The notes below the pieces were generated by a model. The model did no database searches. It was not told the DNA's origin and was given only the letters and a program-made list of their open reading frames with translations. Both the position numbers and the translations under genes were made by a program. Shown here one piece after another: positions 26,094 through 38,791 of a stretch of DNA of 64,000 nt; position 1 is the first letter of the stretch; each line of letters opens with the position of its first letter. Source of the stretch: Fimbriosthenelais zetlandica (taxonomy: Eukaryota). Where the stretch lies: NCBI GenBank assembly GCA_977030845.1, contig OZ365109.1:55118001-55182000 (forward strand), read 5' to 3'.

Positions 26094-29000
26094 TTGCTTC
26101 TAAGCAAAACGCTTCTTCTCTAAACAGGCTGCCCTTCAATGTAGCCTGCAATGTTTTGGATGCTAGTAGGTGTTGGTGATGCAGTTGAAGGGTGGAACAA
26201 GGGGCGATATTTACAAGTCCTTTATAATGCTGAGTTGGTTGTCAGAGTAAATGAGTATAATCTTAGTCTAGATAAGAAGTACTTCAAGCTGATGATTAAT
26301 AGATAACCTGTGATCTGCCTAGCATGAGAAACGTGAGAGTAGCCGACACAGCTTCAGTTGAAGAGCTCCTTTCTGTCTGCTGATGGCCATCCTCATGTCT
26401 TCTCATTGCTGGTTCTTCTGCCAAGGCCTGTCCTTGATAATTGGGCCTGATCAACCCCCCTTTGATGTCTGCACTCAGTAATCTGGCCCCTTCTCAAGGA
26501 AGTTATCATTCATTGCTTGCTAGTCCTCTGTACACCTCTCTACTTAGAGCTATTCCATATGACAATATATAAAGCCCTGTAATATTTATGATGGCCATGG
26601 ACCAATGAGGGCAAGGAGGCAATGTCCATGAATAATGTATGAAATCCTATTGGTCGTACCCTCTCATCTCCTCCCATAATTGGCTTTTTAACATGTATTA
26701 AATCAGCATCAATCTGGCATCCCTAAGCCTCTTAATCTCCAGAAAGGCCACTGGAATTATAGCGTGATTGCAATGTCGGCTTGGATTTCAATAATCATTT
26801 CCTATCCAAAATGACTGACCATTCTGGGGGTTAAGAAACAAATGCCAAGAGTTTTATTACAATCTACCTTGACATGAGATTGCCTCATCAGATATGCAAC
26901 ATAAATGTCTTGAGGATATATCTTGGTTCTTATAGAAGCGTGGTAAGGAGGAGTTATATTTCCATGGCCCTCACTGATAGAGTTTTGACAGCAATTCAAC
27001 CCGTGGATTTATATGGCATCCATGTTCATTATTCATAGGATGGGTACTTTCCCACGCTCCTCTACAAATGAGACTGGAGATGAAAAATGAATTAGAGCTG
27101 GGTCGTGAATGCTCTCTTATTGTGTGGCCGGGTGATAAGGCTGAGAAGGGTATAGACGACGAGGAGTGGGTGAGAAAGGAAAGCATGGACAATGTGACAG
27201 AGAACAGAGATAGAGGCATAGCCTAATACTTCATCTGACATTCTAATACAGTGGTTATTCTCATGATGGACAAGAGTATCTTGACGTCTATGCATGAGTT
27301 CATAACTGATTTTTATCTTTCCCTGGTAGACACAATCCGCTTACCGACTCGGGAAAGGCAGGAAGGTTTTATAGATAATATTTTAGCTTGCCAATCGATG
27401 CCCCATATTGGCTAGCATGGGTAGACTAAAATGATTGCTATACATATTGTGAAAGGCGGTTGCTCCATTCGGTGTTCTGTCGGGAAGATGTTGCTTGATT
27501 CCTTGTTGACTACACAGTTCTTATGTTGTGGGAATGCTATGCACTGTGATGCATGTACATATGCAGCAGTGGCCATGCATGATAAGTTGCACAAAAAAAT
27601 GTAATTAGCAGTCAGTGCAACCTTAATCCAATCTGCATACATTGTGCTCGTACTCGCATTACTATGCAAATGGGAATCCCATGGCTTTTATATAAACATA
27701 TAATTCCTAAAGATCTCATGAATACTTTATTCCCTTTATGTTTACAGTAATTCTTTAAGAACACTAGTCTTAAGGATACTGATTACTTTCTTGGAAATCA
27801 TTCTTTTTTTTTCAAATTCTCCAGAAAAAAACCATACACCAGTCAAAGGGTGAATGATTTCTGACTAACCCACCGTGTCATACACAAGGATGGAGCTTGT
27901 CAGAATGTATCTTGTATTGTCATGATGTATCATGCATTGCCAGAGGCAGAGATTGCCAGCTCGGTCTATGGTTGTAGTCTCAAGTCTGGATTACATGACT
28001 GGATGTCGTGACCAACTCCGCCTGAGCATCTGGCAGGTTGCCTGAAGATAACAGTAGCTCTCACCTTTTATATCTACACCCTTTCACCACCCTTATTCGC
28101 ATGCACTGATGGCGGCCCTGCCAATGAATGGGTTGGAGGCACTCAGGCTTTTTATATACAGGCTTGTACTGAGGAGGCCATCTCAGAGCATTTCTGCACC
28201 TCGGGGACTTACTTTTTACCTATTCCCCGTCCAAATATTTCATGCAAAAAACTGTAACATAGCGATAGCCTATACTTTTAGCTTAACACCTAATAAAACA
28301 GTGGCAGATTCCCCGGGTGTAGGAATATGTATATGTTTTAGGGATGGAATCTGGCCACCGAGAATCCCTTAATACTATCCCGTACCCAGTCTACTCTGGT
28401 GAAGCCTTCATAACAAGCATGAAAGTCGAGGCTATTAAGGTTGCTCATGCCTATAACTGAGTTGGCCCTAGTCTGCATATATACCCCTATATAGTATAAA
28501 GGCGCCTTCAGGTAGAGAGTAATGCTCCGATAAGCTCATTCTTATCACAGCCCAGGGCAGCTTGTAGCAGGCCCTGAAGGTGCTATGCTGGAAAATGACA
28601 TAGTCAGGAGCTGGCCGGAGCCAAGGGCTGTAGGTGCAGGGTGATGCATTATGAGCATATAGGTCGATCTATAGGCATGATATGATTGATAGAAGAATGA
28701 TATTGTACTAAAGCAAAAATTGATGGATTGTTTACGAGGATATTTTTCCAATGTCACTATGTAAACGAATGAATAGTGTTTTAACGCCATGCCAGCTACT
28801 AAGGCTACATAAATACATAAATGCCATGTATAGTAGATTGAAACAAAAATTATGCATGATGAATATATGGAAGACTGGAGTTCTCATCTGAAATTCAATA
28901 TTGTTCTGCAGAGGAGAACAATCAAAGGTCCATCGTACTCTTTCCAATCTCAATGAATTGATGCTCACGGATTCCACTTCCCCTGCCTTCCTCTGCAGGC

Positions 29001-32000
29001 TTTTATACCCATCGCTGAGTCTGTTTACACCCTTCCCCTAAACCTAACCAAGTACCACGCCATATCATGTCTTCCAAGAATGCATATTTATACATATGGC
29101 AGGACAGCGACAGCCTCATTGTATGCTGAGCAGGTTTTCTCTCCCCGGTAGCCGAGCATGTGGACAAAGTGGGTTTGCACATGTCATGACCTTCTAACAT
29201 CACCAAGGGATTAAGAGCACTCTAAATCTCTGGACTGCTCGTCTAGCTTCAGGTGAGCTGCTCGCTGGGTGTTTATATGGAGAATGCCATGTAGAGGAAT
29301 GCATTGACAATATACGATGAGCAATTCAAGGCAAGGCTCTATTCACTGGGGCCTACATCATAAATTTATACTAAAATGGCTATAAAAGTGGTTCTTTATC
29401 CGGAATATGTAAAAGCCATTTATTATGATCTCAGAGACGAGAGGGATTCCCATTTAGTGTACTTTTATAACAGAAGAGTGACTGCACGCATTGACTCATC
29501 TATGGCTTAATAAATATGGATAGTATATACCTCCTAGCCATGTCTGTTCTCCTGATTAATTGAATCAGGGTACAAGACATGATTTATTTAATCAGGGGAA
29601 TAGACAGACGTAGCGACGAATGGAAATTAACTAAGCCTATGTTTTATTCCCCATTAACTGAGGCAAACAGTTTACCCTTTTTGCTTTTCATCCATACATG
29701 TACTGATTTTAAGTTTTATATCATATCCATCAGTATTTTAGCATAGGCTAGTGGCAAAATCTAATTCAGAGTGACCAAACACCTCGCCAAACATAATATT
29801 ATTGTCGGAGGTATAACCAGGCTTTCCCTGGAGCTTGGGGGTTTCCATTGGCAGCATTATATTGGACTAGCTGAAGACATGCAGGCTATTGACCAGCGGG
29901 AGGTCATTGAGACCTGAGAATCTCATGTTAGGATGACGTAATTTGTCTATGTATTTTCCCGTTATCCTCCTGCTAGAGTCATGACGACGAAAGCCATTGT
30001 CTGGCTATGCATCGCAGGAATGCATGACATTTTGTTGAATGTTGATCCACATACATATTATGTATATGCTTATTACTATATTTATATCTTAACAATGTGG
30101 ATATTGATGTGGATCTGTATATAATAGAAATTGTGCATCTCGTCTCATTTCCTGCACTGCAGAATATTTTGGAGACTGTTTATAAGACTGGTGATTCGTG
30201 GAGGCTGAATGACTTTACGAATGTCTATAAAGTCATGTATGATTAAATATTTACTCTTATTTCCACTGACTTTTCGGATTCTCTAAAATATACCTGAAAT
30301 TTGGACAAAACAGTGAAGGATGTAGCTTACTCCGGTACTGAAGGTCTGGTCATTTAAGGAGTAGGTATACAACATTCAGTAGTCATCCAATCTAGGAGCA
30401 GCTATAAATATACTAGAAGTGAGTCGTTATCATTGTCCTGTCCTCTCTTGTCGTATTACCACCAAACAAGCTTGGAGAATATGTCCGAGAGCAGTCATAC
30501 TGATTATCAGTGTAGCCCGTGAGTGCTAATATCAAGAGAGATAAGGCAATGAATTGCCATTCTATAATTACTGTTCTAGATTTCACCAATTCCTGCGGAA
30601 TGAATTCACCCAGGATTGCATTGTTTGGGCAGGTTGCATTGCAGCACTGGCACAAGTGTCATATTAAATTCAGCAAATAAGATTTTGCAAAGTGCTTCTG
30701 GAGGGGTATTTCCCTCCTCAATCACCGACTATTGTCACCTGGTTAAATTTGGACTCTGGACTCAAAGGCTTTTTCACGGGAATTTTAAAACGCGCTTAAC
30801 ATTTGGAGAGCCCATTTAAAAAAAAATCAAAAAAACATTTGTCCTTTTGAAATGCCCTTTTAAAGTCAACATAATGGTCATTTCAATTTTGGTATTGATT
30901 AGCATTTCTGCTAATTTTTTGCATGCCGGACGTATAATACCCAGACACACAGACGCAGAATCAAAATAGCTCCTTAAATACAATTTTGATATGAAAGAGT
31001 TCCAAAAGCTTTTTCATTTTTCAGCTGCTACAATGTAAATCCTGTATTGGCTACTGACCACCCAGATATAACAATTATCACATTGAAAGCCGTAATATAG
31101 GCCATTTAAACAGCTGCACCAGAGCTGGGAGGAAACTACATGTGCAGGAATGAGGAGAGACCCCATTGTCTGTAAGAAACGTCAAGTCGACCTGTGAAGC
31201 ACATTCCTACAGAGTCATTAGGGAAGCCCAGGCATCCAGCCAATGCTGGCATCAGAAGAAAAACTGTTTTAATGTTCCCCAACTTAAGATGAAGTGCCCA
31301 ACCGTCACTTATTCCTCATCAATCCTGGGTTCTATCAAGCCTCATTGAACATCATTTAAAAATGGAAAATCCTTCGCATCAGCATAATCCAGGTTTAATT
31401 CTGTCATTGAGAGTTCTGCCAATCCCTAATATTGGAAAGGTACTTTGAATTCCGAAGTACCATCTGACATTTGTTAATCAACCACAATTGCCAACAACCA
31501 CATGTAATGAAAACGCGCTGCCTAAAAATATGTCCTCTTTGATTATTTGTGACTGAGATAGAATAGAAAAAGATCTGATTAATCATTTGCAATGCCTTTT
31601 TATGTCAGATGATGGTTTCAAATAAAAAAATAAGCGTTGCAAATTTCTAACACAGTATGATGATCAAGACACCTTGTATCTATGAACACTAAAAGAACTA
31701 ATTGAGAATAGACATTCCAGGACACCCCATGTATCTATAGGTTATTTATTTCATTCACACACATAAAAAAGAACCCAGACTAAGAGAGGAATTGGTTTTC
31801 ACCTGTTAAGGTATGGGCTTCATTTGATCAATCAGGGAAAGAATCACTGCTATTCCAGGCTCTCTTTCTTCCTGCCAGCAGTGTGTGTGGAATTACCAAA
31901 GAGCAGGCTACTTCTAGCTGTGACATAAATCTCCGGGAGAAAAAAAGACTTATTACCATTACTCCAGGAAGGCCTATAAAGGCGGACGAGGGATGGCTAG

Positions 32001-35000
32001 ATGGGAGTCACTAGCTTCATACAGAGTGTGAAGGATTGGGGTAAACATGCACTGCTTTAACAAGGAAAGGCCAAGGCAAGTGATAAAGGAAGATTCACTG
32101 ATTCCTACAACCTATTTTTGAGAGAATGTGTTCAACTTAAAGGATAACATTCCGTCCTATTTACTTTCGCGGGAATTAAGTTGAATGTCCTGTGGTAATC
32201 ATGGTTTCTGATGCATATTTTACTTAAGGATCACGAGAGTCACATGCAGGAGACGTATATCTGAGTATACCTCCCAAGACACCTGGCATTTCCTAACTAG
32301 CATATGTCATTGCATAAGTTAAAAGGTCAGAGAGAGGGAGATGTCTGCATCATTTCCCTCGTACAGTCTCATTATATCATATAATGTTATGAACCCGAAA
32401 TCACTGCGATGCTTCTGTATGAAGCAAGGTTTTACTAGAGGCTTGACTATTTATTCTGTGCTTTTGGTTTAACCAGTTGACTATGCCTTGTGCAAATATC
32501 AGTGTGAATATCTTAGTTTCAATCCTTTTCCATTACATCTCCAGGCAATCAATTCTGTTCGAGATCAACTTTTACCTCTGGCACCTCGGGTACAGAATCT
32601 GAAAGTAGAGACGTAATTAATTTTCCCTTCACTGAGACAGAAACCTTAGAGGGAAAGAAAACTTCAGTCCATTTTCCCCGGAGGAAAGTTTTCCCATTTT
32701 GCTATCCATCTCTTTGTCTTACAGTTGTCTCGTTGTTTTCTCTTTTGCTAGCTAGGTTGCCAAAGCTCTAAAATGCGTTTGACACCACAGGAACAAACTA
32801 GCACAGTTACAACTAACTAGCAAGGACATACAGACCCCCTTGGAGTTCGGAGTGACACTTTTTGTACGCCTTTTCTAGGCTTTTGGTGCTAGCCCAGTGG
32901 TTTGCCATTTGGCCTCTTTCCAACAACTTATGACATAACGGTTCAAAACACCATATTGTATTCCCATCAAGGCCTTGCTAAGCTCTCTTTGCCTTAAATG
33001 AACTATATTTATTAATGTATTTATGAAGAAATGAATTCAAGGGCAATTATATACTTGCCCTCAGAAAATGTTATTGTCCAGCGAATTTTCTTTGGTCACT
33101 AATCAAAGAGAAACAGAAAACCTCTCCAATTCAGTGATTTGAATATTCCTCAGTCCACACACTGCTTTAGAAGTTTTGGTTCCTCTCCTCCCTGTAGAAG
33201 GATTGGTCTCCTAAGGGAGTCTGGTAAGAAAGGCAATACAACTTTGACCCCCCAAGGGAACGTGTCCATATCCGGTGTTCTTGGTGTATTCATATTTTCC
33301 GTACAGAGCATGACATTCTTATAATATAAGAAAGTATAAAGTATTGGCTAATTTCTCTAGATTTTACAATTTATAAGCAACTTTTAAGCCCTAAATTCAA
33401 TTCAAAGTAAAGTGGACTTAGACTGCAGCTGGCATATAATGTGATATAATATACATTTTTTATAAATAAGTTGGCAGCGAGGTGCTGGTTGACAGCATGT
33501 GTGCTAATGAAAAAGTAAATGACTGACAGTGAGCTAATACTATCTTGAGCTAATACTATAAAACAAATGAATATTTGGTGGGAAATAACTCTATTCTACC
33601 TGTGAGTCTGAGATATTCAATTGCCAGAACTATCTCCATGTCTCATATCAATGCTTTGGCCATAGCACCCTGTGGGAATCCAAGCTTTGTCTGGTCCGAC
33701 ACCACAATACTACCTCATTCTATAGGAATTGCCCATATCAACGACTGATTCCACATTGCCAGGGCATCAAGGGGCAAAACGACCGTTCAGCTTTTCCATT
33801 CTCAGACGCCTTAAATAGATTCGCAAGGATGCAGTATATGTACAATACTTGTGGACATAGTCAAGGGCTTTGGAGCAGGCTGCTTTTGTGTACTGAGTGT
33901 CTTGGGAATGGGAAGATGAAAGCCCTGGGCACAATATTAACCCTTCAAGGTGGATATATAGGTACATATTACATTGCAGACTAAGGTCCTAGAAGACTGA
34001 TTAAAGCCGGAGCCCACTATACATAGCCCAGCTGATTTCACACTGGATTACCTTCAATAAAGAAGTACAGTCTTCGCCGCTTTTTCTTTACATGACTGAG
34101 AAGCTGTTGCTTGTATAGCTCCCCATGATTTGCTGCATAGAGAAATATCAAAGGGATAAAGACCTTTCAAGAAATCCTACTCTTCGAAGTGTGTTGGCAT
34201 AGACTATTTTACATGGATAATTAAATACAAGCTCCCTTGAAAGACAAACATGATACATGTACTTATCATGCCGAATTCCTTTTATGGAAGCTTAATGTTG
34301 CCTCCTTAGACCAACTTATAAACCAAAATCCTCGCTCAAAGGCTATACAAAGTGAGGAAATTGAGGCCGTTACCCTCTCCCAGCTAATGATTGATGTGGC
34401 TTTATTTTCCATTCCTATTAAAGATCCTTAAAAGGGGACGTGGGATGCATGCCTGATCCCGGTCTTAATCGATTAATCATTCTCTTTGATCACCCTTACC
34501 AATAGCATCACAGGTTGTTGATTGAAAGGCAATAGCGTAGTGAGATGCGAGCCCGGGCAATGAGGTATATCCATAGGTCTACTCCTGATACTGGAGGTTT
34601 GTCTGATCTTCAGTAGCAAAGGGAGCAAGGATATTTTTGATATCTTTGTATGTATTAGGGTTGACATCTGGTTGATATATTTTCAGTTTTCTGGGGGATT
34701 TTGAAAAGTAGTAGTCAGTGGGGTAAAATTTGTGATTAGTACAAATGGGTCCATCGTTGTGGCCCATAAAATCAACTCTAAAAGCGGAGGGGCCTCCTCT
34801 GGATCCGCTCCGGATGCATAAACCAGAAGTGCATCTCACTACACGAAGGAACTAACAACTCAGATTTACTGTTAATTTTCCCACTCCTTGTCTGGGAAGG
34901 GATAAGACGTTATCTGCACATGATCCACTTTCCTGCAATGTTGTCAAGCTGTCCTCAGCACTAATTGCGGCGCAGTTTTAACATTAGCTGCAATGAAGGT

Positions 35001-35413
35001 GAGCAGACAGGAGATCAGTATGGCTTTACGGTGTACTCTGTCCCAAAATGCTCTATCACAAAAAACATTGGTGAGTCAATCAAGTCTGATAAAACCCATC
35101 CAGTATTTATAATTTCATCCTTTCTCAGAAAGGGAATTTCCGTGCTGATATTTAATCAAACTTTTTTTTTTTTAATATAAATTCATGCGTTCTCGGAATG
35201 TAGTATTTAATGTTACCTAATATCATTGTGATTCACTATAGATGATAATCAGACATCATTAGTGTGGTGAAGTCCTGTCTCCTGCAGATTATGTCTGACT
35301 GCCTTGTAAAAACATTCCAATCTCCTGTAGACTGAGATCCACGTCCCCTATACATAGATCGGTGGATGGATTCCAGTACTTAAAAGACTCAGACTGCTTG
35401 GTGTGGATATTTT

Positions 35414-36175
35414 TTAGTTTATAATGCTGGATTGATGGATTTGAGAAGCGGGTTTTTGAAAACGAATGGCATCCTGCCGGGAAATTTCTAATGAGACACT
35501 TCTAAATGGCCTGCATCCATAGAAGACATTTTCTTCTACATTGCTTCCATTATAAGCTTGCCTTACTCTTCTGATCCTGGTGTAAATAACACACACAACA
35601 TTTTCAAGTTAGTTTTGTTCTTCATCTCGAAATGTAATGTGTCTATTTCTGGATATCATATACACTAGTCGTCTGTCTAAAGCATATTTTAGACAGACAT
35701 AATCAATATGAAGCACTTGAAGTTCTGAGCAAGTTTCCAAAGGAGTCCGGTTAAGATCTCCATGATACTGTTTTTTTTCACCACAGGAGGAAAAGGAGAT
35801 CACGTGGTCAGTAAAAAGTGTGTCTAGCACTTCTTCAAACTAACTAACTGCATAGGGAAACCTTTTCCAGGGCTCCATAATTTACATAACTGCCATGGAA
35901 AGTATTTTTTCTATCAGCAGCCTGACAAAGCAATTTGCTTTTGGCGAAGATACCTTTACCAAGCCAGACAACTTTTGGCTTTGCAGTATTTGGAGGATTG
36001 ACTTTTTCAATTTACTTTTTGAAAATTCCCCGCTAATGGAAAGATTAATTCCAAACATTACATCCATGTCCCACTCCCTCTGGTCACGGCAATCATTATG
36101 GAAATTTCTGTAATTATCTGACGAAAAATTGTAATGATCCACACGTTCATCATCAGTTTCCGATGTGTCCTGGTG
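35414..36175 (-). pseudogene. Decayed coding sequence of unknown origin (transposon, virus or retrocopy fossil) in the large intron
   Basis: ORF-track entries 35882-36142, 35609-35830 and 35414-35596 are all in one frame; about 250 codons with only 3 internal stops in AT-rich DNA. Confidence 0.4.
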
Positions 36176-38776
36176 TTAGCAACGCATCAGATTCTAATTG
36201 TACTTGATTCTCATTGCTGTCTATATCGATTACAAATACCTAGCCCACCCAGAAAAGGATATGCATGCTTGTTTTTGTGGAAAGACTGACATCCTGAAGA
36301 TTATTATTATGATATTATAATGGCTTTATTTCAATAGTTTAAATTTACAGTATTGTACAATTAAATTGATGGGAGCAAAGTATATAAAAATTGTACTTTC
36401 CCACCATCCTACTATAGGACCTATTCCTGCACACTTTGATCTGTTTCTGATACATTTGATACCTTTTTCCACCATTTTATTACGTATGAAATTCAGCAAA
36501 AAAGAAATAATATTAATTTGAAGTGGGACTATGAAAATTTTTTTTCCAATGTGAGCAAACTCTTGGTGGAACTGTAGACCCAATAGCTTATGAGCTCATA
36601 CAAGTCTGTAGTACAGAAGTGTCTGTAGCATCCTAGATTCTCTGGAGCCTGTGGTTCCCCTCTCCTGTGGTCCAATGACAAGTAATGAAGACATAGAGAT
36701 ATTCTGGGCTGAGAAGCCATCTCCACCATTGAATCATGTTTATTCTAACCAGTTCCCCACCGTGGAGAGCTTGGTGAAAGGCCCTTCTTTAGATCTAACG
36801 GCCTGAATTCAAGTAAAGGTTGAATGTATATTGATGAGGATAGATCAAAGAGAATTTGTCTTAACTGAATAGGGGACTAACTTATGCGACATGGGCAGCA
36901 AGTGGAGAGGGATGGAGAGACAGACAGAAAGGAGGGAGGGAGAAGGGGGTGGGGGTGAGGGAGAGGGTGAGACAAACGGGCAGACAACATGGGCCAATTA
37001 AAGAACGATTTAACAGTTTTAAAGTATTATCTTTATGTTATAGAAGTCTTTCTTTAAGACATGGTATAATGGTCTTTCTGACATGGTCCTATAAATCTCT
37101 TACATTGACTTTGGGATGCAATACAGCTATGCCATTCCCTGAATCAACTTTATGTTCACCCAGCTGACAGGGTCAAAGTAGATAATCTAATAAAAGCCTG
37201 AAAAGTAACAGTTATAGAAGGTAGTAATTTTACCAAGGCTGCATTGTTAACTTCAGTCTTGGGTGAGGGCCAGCAATGGTCTGACTAAATAACCTTCACG
37301 TCCATGTAATTGCCTTTTAGCAATATACTTAAGACCTCATACAGATCGACTGTAATATTTCCTGGCCGTACATTAGCTACCAAACCTCCAATCATCGTGC
37401 TTGTTCCATATAGAGATGGCTGGTTGTGTGAAGATCGATTAGCCTATCACTGACTGCTTTACTCCAGGTTCCAGCAATGCCTGGTTTGTGGGATGGATAA
37501 TTATATTACACCAGCTATTGTATTCTTCCTTGGGGGTTCATTCGCTGTTTTGTGCTGGCCTCACACGGGACTACATATTATAGGGAACTTGATGGGGAAA
37601 CCGAGACCCGAGGGAATTCATAAAAACTTCTGGCATATGACATTTATGACCGGTTGAAGTCAGATCTCTGCTTTATTTTCACAACTGAAAAAGCCGTGGG
37701 TTAGAATGGGATGAAAAATGGATGTGATATAAATTGCATCAAGCGCTGCAAAACACCTCTTGCCCTCATCTCCATGGGGAGACAACTCAGACAGCATAAT
37801 TCAGAGAGGCCAGTGTATAGTGTGCTACAATAACTGTAAACAAGACTGTGTACTATAAATCCTGAAGATTCGAGATTATATTCCTATGTTTTGCATTTTG
37901 GATCTTGATATTATTCCTCTGTTATTCATGTCGTGGACTTTCCGTAGGCTTGAGCCACGAAAATTCAGGAATTCCTGCAGGAAAGTGTACCTGCAGTACC
38001 AGTAGTACCTGTAGTGCCAGTTGTTAGGACTACCAGTTATTTTATCACTAATAAACAACCCTTGGACATAGTGTCAGCTCTGACCCTTGCTACCACAGCA
38101 CTTTCTTGGTAACATATCTATTCACCTTACTGTCAGCCTTTCTTTGTAAATAGCACTAGAGTAGGATAAACTGTCAGCTATTGCCCTTGCTGGCGCATGA
38201 TGTTGTCAATAAAACCCTAATAAAAACTAAGCTTAGGCCTATGTCAGCTGAAGACTGCAATTATAAGCCACCATTTAGTCCATCAAATCTGATGGACAGA
38301 CAGCTTAAAGTTGGCCTCTATCAGTCAACAAACCAAGTTCTGAGCGATCACATCAATAGCTGAATGTAGGCTACTCTGTCTATAGAATCACGTACATTAC
38401 CCAATCACTTCTAATATAAATACAAAGCCAATTAAGTGTCTGCTCAAAGCACCAAGTATCAATTGCGCCATAGTTTACAGAACCAGAGGTGTTTTATCAT
38501 AGAGGCAATACTTACAATGATATTCACAGATTTAGTCGTATTTGGTCAATGGAATAGTAATAGCCATATTGTTTACAGACAAATAATGGGTTCATATTTC
38601 GGGAGAACGTATGCCCCGAAAAGTATACATCTATGCTGCCGTCTTTCGACTTCCAGTTGATAACTATTTTTTCGGAAGCAATGAATTTTTATATTAACAC
38701 TGCATTATTCTTGTCCAAAGATTTCGAAAGGTGTTTTTTCCTGAGATTAATACATGTTTGCTGTTGCTCTTTGCAG

Positions 38777-38791
38777 AACATTCAGGACTAT
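38777..38791 (+). CDS. SLC38A11: Candidate 15-nt alternative microexon (NIQDY) of SLC38A11
   Basis: tgtttgctgttgctctttgcag|AACATTCAGGACTAT|gtaagt: strong acceptor, consensus donor, multiple of 3, no stop in phase 0, which is the phase of the host intron. Confidence 0.6.

Noticed and set aside
33198-33223. 26-nt exon-like block with strong acceptor and gtaaga donor
   Set aside because: It would frameshift SLC38A11 and I found no compensating exon; at most a poison exon.
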